IMG/VR virus record: IMGVR_UViG_2974703886_000001
Span: 6,374-70,373 of that record
Length of the DNA stretch: 64,000 nt
Strand: one strand, 5' to 3'
From: a virus
Lineage: Duplodnaviria; Caudoviricetes
The notes beneath the pieces are model-generated. The model was given only the letters and a program-made list of their open reading frames with translations, made no database searches and was not told where the DNA came from. Of this stretch, positions 19,896 to 29,851 are shown one piece after another. Position 1 is the first letter of the stretch. Every line of letters begins with the position of its first letter. A program made the position numbers and the translations under genes.

Positions 19896-21868
19896 TGGCT
19901 TCGGTTATCGGCTACAACGTCTACAAGAACGGCGAGAAGCTGAATAACGCTCCGGTTCAGCGCCTTTCAGGCGTTACCGAGTATGTGATCAGCGAATTGA
20001 GCGCTGGCACCGCGTATGACATTGGCGTCTCGGCGGTGAACTCTGCCGGTCAGGAGGGGCCGATCACCCTGCTCAGCGAGGTGATGACCCAGGCATATAT
20101 CCCCGTGGGTGACGAGATGTCGCCGCTTGACGAGGCCAAGGTGGACGCCGTCATCGAGAAGTGTATGAACGACTACGGCATGGGGCCGGGAATGATGGTC
20201 TACACGACCGGCCCCAGGGGCACGCTGATGAAGGCGTATGGCTGGTCGAACAGCTCCAAGACCGAGCCGATGACCACGGACATGCACTTCCGCATCGGCT
20301 CGCACACCAAGACCTTCACGGGCCACGCCGTCCTGATGGCTGTCGACAAGGGCCTCATCAGCCTGGAGGACACCATCGACCAGTTCGACAGTGAGCGCTG
20401 GACTCTCAGCAACCTGCCGAACGCGGACAAGATCACCATCCGGCACCTGATGATGATGCGGGCTGGCCTGTTCAACGAGCAGGAAGACCTCGGCGTGCTG
20501 ATCATGTTCTACCTGAACAACCAGTACCCGTGGTCTGACGACTCGACGTTGAACGTTCTGCGTTCGCACACACCGCATTTCGACCCCGGCACGGGATTCA
20601 AGTACGTCAACGGCAATTACGCCGTCCTGGGCGCGATCCTCGAGGCTGTCGACGGGCGTCCGGCCCGCCAGATCATCAAGGAGGACATCTGGGACGAGCT
20701 GGGTATGACCGAGACCTCCTGGGGCACTACGAGCATGCCGAAGCCGTTCTGTCGTGGGTACGGCGGCATGGGCAGCCTGACCGCCGACAAGACGAACTTC
20801 AACCCCGCCCTGTCGGGCCTGGCCGGTGAGGTCGTCTCCACGATGGAAGACCTCCACAAATGGGCCGTCGCCCAGCGGGACAACCACTTCCTGTCTGAGG
20901 AACTGTGGGAGCTGCAGAACTCGATTGGCTGCTGGATGCCCTCGGGCGTGCCCTCGGATGCCGCTGGCGGCAAGCCGGGGTACCTGGCGTATGGCCTGTC
21001 GAACTACATCTTCGGCTCCTGGCGGTCGCACCCCGGCTCGTGGGTGGGCTACGAGTGCTGCCCGATGTGGAACATCGACAACGGCGCGATCATCATCGTG
21101 GTCGAGAACTCGCAGTCCCCGGCGGGCGGCGTGGGCGCGGCCCCGATGCTGCGGACCCTGCCAATGTTGGCTGCCGAGTTGTATCCGGACACACTGGAAG
21201 ATCCGCCAGAGGAGCAGCGCAACACCTGCTCCATCGCATCGCACCCGTTCATCTACATCGATGCGCCGGGCAACAAGAATTATGGGGGAATCTCAAGCCC
21301 GATCTACGGTCTCGGCTCCGCACAAGGCAGCTTCACTGCGCCCTTGGATGCAGATGTCTTCGCGGTGGTAAACTGGGATCGGAACGGGTCGAACATTCCA
21401 ACCGTCGAATATGGCGGGGAGACAATGGAATACGTCGGCCACGTACTGAACGACAACAACTCCAGCTACGGCGGCGTCGCTGTCTTCCGCGCCAACAACG
21501 TCGGCACTGGGGCTGGAAAGCAACTGAAAGCCACCGGATCTGGGTGGCTTAGCGTTCTTGGCTTGTCGTTCTCCCACGTCGACTCGGTCGATACCCCCGA
21601 GACTCTCACTGGCTACAGCGTCACCGCCGAGATGCCGATTGAGAACGAAGACGGCATAACGCTTATCGCTGTTGGCGCTGGCAACGGTGGCGGCCCTACC
21701 TACGCGTGGGGGCCGATGACACTGGGTGCCCGCACCCGCCAGCGGATGAGCGGCACATACCCGCCCTTGCTGGTGGCGACTACCCACATGTCCCTGAATG
21801 CCATCACGACCGCAAGCAGCAAGAACCACTGGTCGGCGATGGCGGTCCACATCAACTTCACGAACTAA
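19895..21868 (+). CDS. Minor tail protein with partial Fn3 domain and beta-lactamase / D-Ala-D-Ala carboxypeptidase domain
   Basis: FRIGSHTK (SxxK), YVN (YxN), HPG; N-terminal GYNVYKNG...YDIGVSAVN. Confidence 0.8.
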   Translation: MASVIGYNVYKNGEKLNNAPVQRLSGVTEYVISELSAGTAYDIGVSAVNSAGQEGPITLLSEVMTQAYIPVGDEMSPLDEAKVDAVIEKCMNDYGMGPGMMVYTTGPRGTLMKAYGWSNSSKTEPMTTDMHFRIGSHTKTFTGHAVLMAVDKGLISLEDTIDQFDSERWTLSNLPNADKITIRHLMMMRAGLFNEQEDLGVLIMFYLNNQYPWSDDSTLNVLRSHTPHFDPGTGFKYVNGNYAVLGAILEAVDGRPARQIIKEDIWDELGMTETSWGTTSMPKPFCRGYGGMGSLTADKTNFNPALSGLAGEVVSTMEDLHKWAVAQRDNHFLSEELWELQNSIGCWMPSGVPSDAAGGKPGYLAYGLSNYIFGSWRSHPGSWVGYECCPMWNIDNGAIIIVVENSQSPAGGVGAAPMLRTLPMLAAELYPDTLEDPPEEQRNTCSIASHPFIYIDAPGNKNYGGISSPIYGLGSAQGSFTAPLDADVFAVVNWDRNGSNIPTVEYGGETMEYVGHVLNDNNSSYGGVAVFRANNVGTGAGKQLKATGSGWLSVLGLSFSHVDSVDTPETLTGYSVTAEMPIENEDGITLIAVGAGNGGGPTYAWGPMTLGARTRQRMSGTYPPLLVATTHMSLNAITTASSKNHWSAMAVHINFTN

Positions 21869-23973
21869 TGGCAGACACGTTTTGGTGGGCTGAGCTGTTC
21901 GTCCACTCGACGGAAGGTATTCCGTCGGCTGAGACGTTCGGCTCGCTGCAGTTGACGTTCGGCGGCGTCGAGGTTCGACCCACCGGCATCGAGTCGGCTG
22001 AGTCCTTCGGTGCCACAGTGGTTATCGGCCCGCCGCAGTTCATCCTGCCCTCGGGCATCCCCTCGGAAGAGGCGTTCGGCCAGATGGCGACTGGCGCTGT
22101 ACTCACGCCGCTGGGCGTTCCTTCAGCCGAGGAGTTCGGCACCCCGACGATGGGTATGTCGTTGCATGCCACGGGGATTCCGTCTGCGGAGGCGGTTAGC
22201 AATCCGCTATTCATCCTCCCGAGCAAGCCAGAGGTGGTTGGATTCAACATCAACAACGGCAACTCGGTGACGATGCCAGCTCACGAGCCTGGCGATCTGC
22301 TGCTGATCCTGGCCTACAACGACGGCGTCAGCCACCCCTCCATCCCGTCTGCCAGCGGTTCAGTGCCCTCGTACTGGAATATCCACAACGACAACGGGAA
22401 CACGAACTCGATCCGTGTTGCTGCCGCCTGGGCTACGAGCACCTCGCACACCTCTGGCACCTGGAGCAACACGAGCGGCCTGGCGGTGTGCGTCATCCGG
22501 GGCGCTGACCCGCTGTACCCGATTGGCTACACGAGCCTCGGATTCGGGTCCGGCTCGAACCAGTCGGTGGCCCCGGCCTTGGCGAACGTCTTCGACAAGA
22601 CCGGCAAGAGCCAGCAGTTGATCTACATGCACGGCCACAAGACTGTGACCTCGTGGGGTTCGGCACCGACCGGCTTCACACGCCTGGGGCAGGTCAACAC
22701 CGAGCTGGCGATCAACCTCAAGGATGACACCTCCAGCGACGGCGCGGCCACGCAGACGGCCACCACCTCATCGTCGTCGGGCTACGCCGGTTCGATTATC
22801 GAGGTGAAACAGCCGCCCGTGGATGGCGCTGTGACCACGCGTTACTGGGCAGGCAGCACCAGCGGCTCCAACGGCAACCAGACCCAGTACTACGGCGAGG
22901 GTGACCGAGTCCTGCTGTTCATGAGTCAGGACCGCGCCTTCGGATTCAATGCGACGGTCGACAGTGTCCCCCTCCAGCGAATTGCTCTCGTGCAGTACGA
23001 GGGCAGCGGCGGGACACCAAGCCTGGCGATATACCTGTCGGAACCACTCAGTGAGGGCAACCACACTTTGGCGTGGTCTGGCGGCACCTGGTACTGCATG
23101 GCGGCGCTCCAGGTGTCGAACGTTGCCGAAATCTCCGGCGTGTTGCCGCCAGTGGTGGATACCGGGAATGGTTCGTACACAGTGGGCGACCCCGAGTCCG
23201 GCGGTGGGCGGATCTACCAGGCATTCGGCGTCGGTGCCAATGCGAGCTTCGGCAATCCAACGGGCGGCAACTGGCGCTGGGTCGTGAACAACAGCGCGTC
23301 GGTGGCGGTGTCCGATTGGCATGAAGCCACGACATTCCAGGTGACGAAGAATTCCACCCCCCAGTGGGCGAGCCTGGCAATCGACCTCAGTCCCTTGGCA
23401 TCTGAGGCCCCTCGTTACGTCTGGGAGCGGCCTCCGGTGATCTTCAGCAGTGGCCTTGGCGGCAGTGTTTCCGGCAGCGTGGAGGCTGTCGCTGGCGACA
23501 CGCTGATTGTCGACCTCTCGATTGACCGTGGCACAACCACGCCGCCGACGCTGCTGCTGAATGGCAACCCAATGACGCTCGCGGGATCTGTCAGCTACAC
23601 CGGCAATGGGGACGGCATGCTCTGCCGGTACATCGCGGAGGACGTTCCTGGTGGCACGCTCACAATCACCAGCGGCTCCATCGCCACCGCATGGTGGGCC
23701 GCTCAGGCGATGTTCGTACGGAACGCGACTGTCGGCGCGACCACTTCTGTCAACGGCAGTGGTAGCCCATCGCAGTCGGTGACCCTCTCCGAGGGGGAGT
23801 TTGCACTCCAGACGTTCACCGGGCTGTCGGGCCTGACTCGGGCGCGAGGCGGCGTCGAAATTAACTACTACAGCGGCTCAGTCAGGTTTGCCACACAGCT
23901 GAGTAGATCGTCTACCACGTTCACCACCTCAGGCTCTGTTAACCACGCCGGATTGGTGACCAAGTTCAGTTAA
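21868..23973 (+). CDS. Minor tail protein (IPSAEAFG repeats, beta-rich modules)
   Basis: TAATG overlap; repeated GIPS.EAFG units. Confidence 0.7.
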   Translation: MADTFWWAELFVHSTEGIPSAETFGSLQLTFGGVEVRPTGIESAESFGATVVIGPPQFILPSGIPSEEAFGQMATGAVLTPLGVPSAEEFGTPTMGMSLHATGIPSAEAVSNPLFILPSKPEVVGFNINNGNSVTMPAHEPGDLLLILAYNDGVSHPSIPSASGSVPSYWNIHNDNGNTNSIRVAAAWATSTSHTSGTWSNTSGLAVCVIRGADPLYPIGYTSLGFGSGSNQSVAPALANVFDKTGKSQQLIYMHGHKTVTSWGSAPTGFTRLGQVNTELAINLKDDTSSDGAATQTATTSSSSGYAGSIIEVKQPPVDGAVTTRYWAGSTSGSNGNQTQYYGEGDRVLLFMSQDRAFGFNATVDSVPLQRIALVQYEGSGGTPSLAIYLSEPLSEGNHTLAWSGGTWYCMAALQVSNVAEISGVLPPVVDTGNGSYTVGDPESGGGRIYQAFGVGANASFGNPTGGNWRWVVNNSASVAVSDWHEATTFQVTKNSTPQWASLAIDLSPLASEAPRYVWERPPVIFSSGLGGSVSGSVEAVAGDTLIVDLSIDRGTTTPPTLLLNGNPMTLAGSVSYTGNGDGMLCRYIAEDVPGGTLTITSGSIATAWWAAQAMFVRNATVGATTSVNGSGSPSQSVTLSEGEFALQTFTGLSGLTRARGGVEINYYSGSVRFATQLSRSSTTFTTSGSVNHAGLVTKFS

Positions 23974-23984
23974 TTGAGGAAGCA

Positions 23985-24389
23985 ATGAACGGACTGTATG
24001 ACAAGGCCCGTGAGAAGTTCCTGACGGGCGACATCGATTGGATTGACGACAACATCAAGGCGTACCTGATCGACACCGACGAGTACTCCGTCGATCTGGC
24101 CACCGACGAATTCCTGGATGACATCCCGGAAGATGCGATTGTCGCCACCTCGTCCAACCTTACTAGCAAGACGGCCACGGATGGCGTGGCTGACGCCGAG
24201 AACGTGGTCTTCTCCACGGTGACAGGCGCGCAGTCGGAAGCCGTTGTGTTGGCCAAGGATACGGGTGTCGCAAGCACGTCGCCGTTGATCGCCTACATCA
24301 GCAATGCGACCGGTCTGCCAGTGACCCCGAACGGCGGTGACATCACGGTGGTCTGGGACAACGGGTCCAACAAGATCTTCAAGCTCTGA
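23985..24389 (+). CDS. Minor tail protein
   Basis: LPVTPNGGDITVVW motif; RBS GAGGA. Confidence 0.7.
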   Translation: MNGLYDKAREKFLTGDIDWIDDNIKAYLIDTDEYSVDLATDEFLDDIPEDAIVATSSNLTSKTATDGVADAENVVFSTVTGAQSEAVVLAKDTGVASTSPLIAYISNATGLPVTPNGGDITVVWDNGSNKIFKL

Positions 24390-24399
24390 TGGTGGAGCG

Positions 24400-24729
24400 A
24401 TGATTGACGTCAATACCGGGACCGCCATCATGGGACTTATCACTGCGCTCGCCACCGGGGGGTTCCTGAACGCAGTCTGGAACTCCTTCACTGGCCGTCG
24501 GGCCGCTCAACTGAACGAGGCTGAGATCGTCGCAAGACTTTCCAAAGAGATCCGCGAGGAGATCCGCGCCGAGAACAAGGATCTGAAGGGCCGCATGGAC
24601 AAGGTGGTTGAGGCCATCATCGGCCTCACCGACCTCCTGGACGACCTGTTCCCGAAGATCACCGGCATCACTCCGGAAGAGCGAAAAGCGTTGCGCCGCA
24701 AGATCAACGAAGCGAAGCTCGCTACTTAA
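24400..24729 (+). CDS. Single-TM coiled-coil membrane protein (possibly lysis-associated)
   Basis: N-terminal hydrophobic helix then coiled coil; RBS GGAG. Confidence 0.6.
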   Translation: MIDVNTGTAIMGLITALATGGFLNAVWNSFTGRRAAQLNEAEIVARLSKEIREEIRAENKDLKGRMDKVVEAIIGLTDLLDDLFPKITGITPEERKALRRKINEAKLAT

Positions 24730-24735
24730 TCGTGT

Positions 24736-24751
24736 TAGAATGAAGTGGAGG
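24736..24751 (+). promoter_or_regulatory. TAGAATGAAGTGGAGG putative extended -10 promoter overlapping an RBS
   Basis: TGt-TAGAAT; matches 16837-16852. Confidence 0.55.
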
Positions 24752-24756
24752 ACTTA

Positions 24757-25728
24757 ATGGGCATCTGGGAGCCTCAAGTCCGCGTCGACAGCAACCGTAC
24801 GCTCGAACTGAATCGCGGGAACACCGCGTACTACGCGTACACCGTCCCCGACACTTACCCGACGCCATCAGCGGCAGTCCTGACCCTGTACAACGACTAC
24901 GGGCAGGTGCTGGATGTGTGGTCTGGCACGGTGGATGGCCGGACCATCATCTTCGATGAGCCGTCTGAGGCTGCCGATCTGATCCCCACCGGTTCGTCTT
25001 GGACCCTCACTGCCGAGATGTACGGCACCACGCGACTTGTCGCGCAGGGCACCGTGATTCGCATCGAGGCACCGTTCCCGGCGGCACCGACTCACTCGGA
25101 TCATTTCGACGCGGTGCAGTACCGCTACGTGTTCGCTACTCCTGGTCGCATTGTCGACCCAGCCTGGCGGATTCTGGTCGGTTCACCGTGGGTGTACAAC
25201 AACTCGGGGCAGAGCCTTCCGAACGCTGTCGCGGCGGGCAACCTGTGGACGGGCGAGTTCTGGCCAAAGGTGGCCATGCTCTACTACGCCCCGCTGAACA
25301 CGGACGCCGTCCGGCTGACGTACAACACGGTGCGCAGCGGCGACGGCGAGGCGCTGATCGTCATCTGTTCGAACTACGACATGTCGAACTACGCGGCGAT
25401 CTACCACAAGCAGCAGTTCGGCATTGGCTCGTGGGACAACGACGTGATCGCCATCGTGACCGGCGACGGCCCGCACGACTACGACATCCGTGCGCAGGAA
25501 GAGTGGGAGACCCAAGACCTGCAGAACTACACGGCTGAGTACAACCCCGTGTCCAACACGTTCGCGGTCTACCTGGGCAACGACACCACACCCATCGTGG
25601 AGTGGGAGGACCAGAACGAGATCGTGAATCACGGCCCCGGCGAACGGTATTTCGGTCTGTGTTTCGAGTCTGCGTTGCTGAGTCCCGGTGTGGAGATCTC
25701 AGACGTACTCATTCAGGACGCTGTCTAA
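24757..25728 (+). CDS. Minor tail protein (LtfC-like N-terminus, lectin-like C-terminus)
   Basis: GGAGG RBS; beta-rich; W.GTV.G.TIIF pattern. Confidence 0.55.
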   Translation: MGIWEPQVRVDSNRTLELNRGNTAYYAYTVPDTYPTPSAAVLTLYNDYGQVLDVWSGTVDGRTIIFDEPSEAADLIPTGSSWTLTAEMYGTTRLVAQGTVIRIEAPFPAAPTHSDHFDAVQYRYVFATPGRIVDPAWRILVGSPWVYNNSGQSLPNAVAAGNLWTGEFWPKVAMLYYAPLNTDAVRLTYNTVRSGDGEALIVICSNYDMSNYAAIYHKQQFGIGSWDNDVIAIVTGDGPHDYDIRAQEEWETQDLQNYTAEYNPVSNTFAVYLGNDTTPIVEWEDQNEIVNHGPGERYFGLCFESALLSPGVEISDVLIQDAV

Positions 25729-25743
25729 TCGAAGGAGACAATC

Positions 25744-26016
25744 ATGGCCCTGCCTTACGGGCTTGCTGACAAGCGAATCATCGACGCCATCAATGCTCTT
25801 GAGGAAGCTGTTGAGGCTCTGGAAACTGGTGGCGATTCGGGTCTGGCCGACGCGGTTGCGCAGCTTCAGAGCGATGTCTCGGACCTGCAAGGGGATCTGA
25901 CGCCTCTTGAGGGCCGTGTTCAGGCGGTCGAGAGCGATGTCTCGGACCTGCAAGGGGATCTGACGCTTCTTGAGGGCCGTGTTCAGGCGGTCGAGGAAGC
26001 TCTCGACAACGAGTAA
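25744..26016 (+). CDS. Small coiled-coil protein with 21-aa tandem repeat
   Basis: RBS AAGGAG; heptad pattern. Confidence 0.65.
   Translation: MALPYGLADKRIIDAINALEEAVEALETGGDSGLADAVAQLQSDVSDLQGDLTPLEGRVQAVESDVSDLQGDLTLLEGRVQAVEEALDNE
25868..25993 (+). repeat. 63-bp tandem duplication (one mismatch)
   Basis: agagcgatgtctcggacctg...caggcggtcg occurs twice. Confidence 0.95.
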
Positions 26017-26028
26017 TCCGGTAGCGGA

Positions 26029-27480
26029 ATGTCTTTCGTTTGGTTTGCAGACGAGCCGCTGCGTACCCGCGAAGAGATCGCTCGCGAAGTTCACAAGGTC
26101 TCGCTCGCACGCAACCTCGACGAGCTGGCCACGGTCATGTGCCTGATGGCCATTGCCGTCGAGGTTGGTGCGACGAACCACAGGGGTGTCTACGGCTGGT
26201 GGTGCCCGTGGAACGAGGCCGATCCCGAGTCGCAGAACTACCCGCACGACTCCAAGTCGAACGACGGTCGTTCTGTCGGCTATCTGCAGCAGCAGAAGGG
26301 GCCTCGTGGCGAACTCTGGTGGGGCAGTACGCAGGACGAGATGACTCTGTCCATCGCGGCGAACAACTTCCTGGACCGCCTGTCCGACGACTACGTCAAG
26401 GCACGCAACAACCCCACGCTGGCTGGTCAGTTCGTTCAGGCCGTCCAGCGTTCGGCGTATCCAGACCGGTACGCCAAGAAGTGGGATGAGGCGTGGGATG
26501 TTCTGCGGCGGGCGCTGAGCGAGCCGGTCAAGCAGCCCCCCGTCAGCGGGGCACGGCCCTCGTTCACTGAACACAACGTGATCGGGAACTGGCGCGGCCA
26601 GCCGTACGGCAACAGCCAGTCCCGCAACGGTCGCGAGATCACCCACATCGTGCTTCACACCTCCGAGGGTGCCGGTGGTCCGGCGCTCCTGGACTACATG
26701 AAGGGCGCGAAGGTCTCGTACCACTACGTGGTCGACAACGACGGCAACGCTTGGGATCTGGTCGACACCGACCGGGCTGCCTGGTCTGTCGGCAACGCGA
26801 ACAACTACACCATCAACTACTGCTTTGGTGCGTCCCGCGCCGGTTGGTCTCGCCAGGAGTGGCTGAACAACTGCGGCAACGCCATCAAGATCACCGCGTA
26901 TCTGGTGGCCCAGGACTGCAAGAAGTACAACATCCCGCCCGTGGTCCGCGTCGGCGGCGGTGGCAACGGCTACACGTCACTGAAGGCCAACAAAGGCGTC
27001 ACCGACCACAAGGGCATCAACTACCTGGCCGGTGGCGATCACTGGGATGTGGGTCCGAACTTCCCGTGGGACGTTTTCAACACCTACCTCCAGATGTATT
27101 ACGGAGGGGAAGGAGACGGTTTTCTCATGGCACTTTCCGAGCAGGACCAGATCCTGCTGCGTGACAAGGTGTTCCAGATCTGGGGCGCTCTCTTCAACAA
27201 GGTCGAGTCGCAGTCGATCTACCGGAACCCGACTCCTGGCGACGCCGGGAACATGTGGGCCACAAAGGATCTGATTCGCAACATGGACGGCATGACCCAC
27301 GAGATGTTCGTGGAGCGGCTGGCCACCCTCGGCGACGAGGACGCGTTGCGGCGGGTGTTCGAGGTGGCCTCTGGCCGGGGCGCGGTCAAGGAGGACTGGG
27401 CCGTGAACCGGGCCAAGGAGGTTCTGGAGAAGGTGCCCGAAGAGATCCTGGAGAGCTTCCTCAAGAAGTACGACGTGTAG
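26029..27480 (+). CDS. lysA: Lysin A (lysozyme-like N-terminal motif, amidase-2 domain, C-terminal binding domain)
   Basis: IVLHTSEG, SYHYVVD and DHWDVGPNFPW amidase motifs; SVGYLQQ. Confidence 0.9.
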   Translation: MSFVWFADEPLRTREEIAREVHKVSLARNLDELATVMCLMAIAVEVGATNHRGVYGWWCPWNEADPESQNYPHDSKSNDGRSVGYLQQQKGPRGELWWGSTQDEMTLSIAANNFLDRLSDDYVKARNNPTLAGQFVQAVQRSAYPDRYAKKWDEAWDVLRRALSEPVKQPPVSGARPSFTEHNVIGNWRGQPYGNSQSRNGREITHIVLHTSEGAGGPALLDYMKGAKVSYHYVVDNDGNAWDLVDTDRAAWSVGNANNYTINYCFGASRAGWSRQEWLNNCGNAIKITAYLVAQDCKKYNIPPVVRVGGGGNGYTSLKANKGVTDHKGINYLAGGDHWDVGPNFPWDVFNTYLQMYYGGEGDGFLMALSEQDQILLRDKVFQIWGALFNKVESQSIYRNPTPGDAGNMWATKDLIRNMDGMTHEMFVERLATLGDEDALRRVFEVASGRGAVKEDWAVNRAKEVLEKVPEEILESFLKKYDV

Positions 27481-27488
27481 GAGCAATT

Positions 27489-27830
27489 ATGAGCTTCGAT
27501 GTGAAGCGGGTGCCCGAGATGTACAAGGCCGTTGTGGCTCTGGCCGTTTCGAGCGCCGGTACCCTCGCTGCGATCCAGGCCGTCGCCGAGTCGACGGGTG
27601 TCGCTCCCGAGGGCTGGGTGTACAGCCTGTCCATCGCGGTCGGTGCAGTGACCAGCTTCGCCACCTGGCTGAAGCGGAACAAGCCGAACGTGGAGCTGGT
27701 GTCCGGTGTGATCCAGGCGTACGACGATGCGACCCTGGACCAGATCAAGACCAAGCCCCGCCAGAAGCTCAACCACGAAGAGCTGGTCGAGAAGGCCATC
27801 GAGCGGTACACCGCCGCGCACAAGTTCTGA
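27489..27830 (+). CDS. Holin
   Basis: Two TM helices (YKAVVALAV..., WVYSLSIAVGAVTSFATW) between lysA and lysB. Confidence 0.75.
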   Translation: MSFDVKRVPEMYKAVVALAVSSAGTLAAIQAVAESTGVAPEGWVYSLSIAVGAVTSFATWLKRNKPNVELVSGVIQAYDDATLDQIKTKPRQKLNHEELVEKAIERYTAAHKF

Positions 27831-27905
27831 CAAACCCCCAACCAGAGATAGGGCTACCACATGCCTTGTGGTGGCCCTATTTCGTGCTACCCGAGAGGAT
27901 TTCGT

Positions 27906-28928
27906 ATGGCCTGGGATGGCTGGAAGGAGGGCATGGCCGGTCCTCCGGTGCTGGCCGCGAAGCGCGAGCTGAAGCGCAAGTTCTCCTACGCCAAGCACCT
28001 GGTGGAGAACACGTTCTTCGACCACGACCTGACGGTCGCCCTCATGACCTACCAGGTGGCCAAGAACATCGAGCTGGCCAAGCGGGGTGAGCCGCTGCTG
28101 CGCACGGACGGCGTCCTGGACTGGTACACGCAGAAGGTGCTGGGCCTGCTGGACCGCAAGGTCGTCATCTTCACGGTGAGCGGCACCGGCGCGGTGTGGA
28201 GCCAGGGCTACCCGTTCGACGTGGCGATGCGCCAGGACCAGTCGAAGGTGATCGTCCAGCCCATCGGCTACCCGGCTGCGGTGTTCCCGATGGAGCACTC
28301 AGCGAACGAGGGTGAGCGTGAGCTGGTAGCACAGATGCGCCGCCACCTGGACGCCAACCCCTCGTACGTGTTCATCCTGATCGGGTACAGCCAGGGCGCG
28401 ATGGTGGTGTCGCGGGTGCTGCGCCGGATGATGTCCGGCGACCTGCGGCAGTACTTCGACCGCTGCATCGCGGGCGTCACGTTCGGCAACCCGCTGCGGG
28501 AGCGCGGCCACTTCACGGGCGCGTCCGATCCTGGCGGGCAGGGCCTGGACCCCGAGTGCCTGGTGGACACCCCATCCTGGTGGCACGACTACGCCATCCC
28601 TGGCGACATCTACACGTGCGGGCCTGGCAACTACGACCTGGCTGCCCTGGAGCACATGCGGGCTATCTATCTGGCCGTCCAGGGGCACTTCCTCACCGGC
28701 AGAGACAACCTGGGGGAGCAGGTGCTGGAGGTGTTGATGAACCCGTTCGCGGAGGTTCCGGCGGTCGTGAAGGCCATCGTGTCCGGCCTGGGGTTCGTGA
28801 CTGCGAACCCGCCCACAGCCCCGCACATCGAGTACCACATCAGGGAGTGTTTCCCTGGCGTCACTCATTTCGAGCATGCCGTCGACTATGTGCGGCGCGC
28901 TGTTTCCGCTGGCATGCGGATCGAGTAA
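27906..28928 (+). CDS. lysB: Lysin B (mycolylarabinogalactan esterase)
   Basis: GYSQG nucleophile elbow; FGNP; N-terminal PGBD-like segment. Confidence 0.9.
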   Translation: MAWDGWKEGMAGPPVLAAKRELKRKFSYAKHLVENTFFDHDLTVALMTYQVAKNIELAKRGEPLLRTDGVLDWYTQKVLGLLDRKVVIFTVSGTGAVWSQGYPFDVAMRQDQSKVIVQPIGYPAAVFPMEHSANEGERELVAQMRRHLDANPSYVFILIGYSQGAMVVSRVLRRMMSGDLRQYFDRCIAGVTFGNPLRERGHFTGASDPGGQGLDPECLVDTPSWWHDYAIPGDIYTCGPGNYDLAALEHMRAIYLAVQGHFLTGRDNLGEQVLEVLMNPFAEVPAVVKAIVSGLGFVTANPPTAPHIEYHIRECFPGVTHFEHAVDYVRRAVSAGMRIE

Positions 28929-28958
28929 TCGGTTGAACGGCAACGGAAGTAGGTAGAA

Positions 28959-29219
28959 TTGAGCGATGTGAGTATCACTGTTTTCTCGTCTGGCCCTGGG
29001 TGTTTCCGGTGCAAGACGGTGGAGCGCCACCTGAAGAAGCGCGGCGTCCCGTATACCGAGGTTCGCGTGGATCAGGATGCGGCTCAGCGTGATCGGTTGA
29101 TCGCGATGGGTTACCGGGAGGCTCCGGTGGTGGTGGCGACGGTCGACGGCAAGGAAGAGATCCGCCCCGGCTACCACCCTGACTGGCTGGATGAGATCGC
29201 CGAGAAGATCGCAGCGTAG
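28959..29219 (+). CDS. nrdH: NrdH-like glutaredoxin
   Basis: CFRC (CxxC); GYREAPVV. Confidence 0.8.
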   Translation: MSDVSITVFSSGPGCFRCKTVERHLKKRGVPYTEVRVDQDAAQRDRLIAMGYREAPVVVATVDGKEEIRPGYHPDWLDEIAEKIAA

Positions 29220-29231
29220 GAGGCGTCGAAA

Positions 29232-29432
29232 TTGGCCGCTGATTTCAACGGAGAGCGACGAATTCGTGAGGGCCAGCGTGTCAGTCTAGACTGGGCCGAT
29301 TCGTCAGCCACAGAGCCAATCACGGGCGTTGTTGACAAGTTCTCGGGCGGCTTCGTGTTCGTGAAGCTCGACAAGCTGTACCGCAACTCGGGCTACGCCG
29401 CCGCCAGGGTGTCTCAGGTCAAGCCCCTCTAA
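29232..29432 (+). CDS. Hypothetical protein (SH3-like)
   Basis: RBS GGAGG; 66 aa. Confidence 0.55.
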   Translation: MAADFNGERRIREGQRVSLDWADSSATEPITGVVDKFSGGFVFVKLDKLYRNSGYAAARVSQVKPL

Positions 29433-29434
29433 CG

Positions 29435-29470
29435 AAAAGAACCCCCGCCAAGTGCGGGGGTTTTCTCTTA
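29435..29470. terminator. Bidirectional intrinsic terminator
   Basis: aacccccgc-caagt-gcgggggtt flanked by A- and T-tracts, between convergent genes. Confidence 0.85.
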
Positions 29471-29480
29471 CACCGGACTC

Positions 29481-29765
29481 TCAGGAACCGTCCTCTTCCA
29501 CCTTGGTGTAGTGCTCCTGGAAGTGGTCGTCGTCCACGACGATCCGGTGGCCATCGGGGAACTGCACGATCCACTGGCCCTCGTGGGCGCGGAGGTAGCC
29601 ATGCACCGGATCAGGGTTGGCGCTGTTGTCGCGGGGGATCAGGAAGTAGTCCAGGGTGCGACCGTTGCCACGCTTGATCTCCCGGCAGCGGTGGAATGCC
29701 TTGTGGATGTTGGGATATGGCCGCACGACGCGGATGGCCTCGACCCGTGTGTCAAATTGCTTCAC
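29481..29765 (-). CDS. Hypothetical protein
   Basis: GTG start with GGAG RBS; EGQWIVQ...D..F...Y pattern. Confidence 0.65.
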   Translation of the reverse strand: MKQFDTRVEAIRVVRPYPNIHKAFHRCREIKRGNGRTLDYFLIPRDNSANPDPVHGYLRAHEGQWIVQFPDGHRIVVDDDHFQEHYTKVEEDGS

Positions 29766-29833
29766 CCGATCTCCTCTCCGGTCAGACGGCCACCGATCCA
29801 GAACTTGACGTGGTTGTAGTCCATGTTTGGCAT
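29762..29833 (-). CDS. Putative 23-aa micro-ORF
   Basis: MPNMDYNHVKFW...; GTGA overlap with the next gene. Confidence 0.3.
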   Translation of the reverse strand: MPNMDYNHVKFWIGGRLTGEEIG

Positions 29834-29851
29834 TGTCTCGCGATCCGGTGC

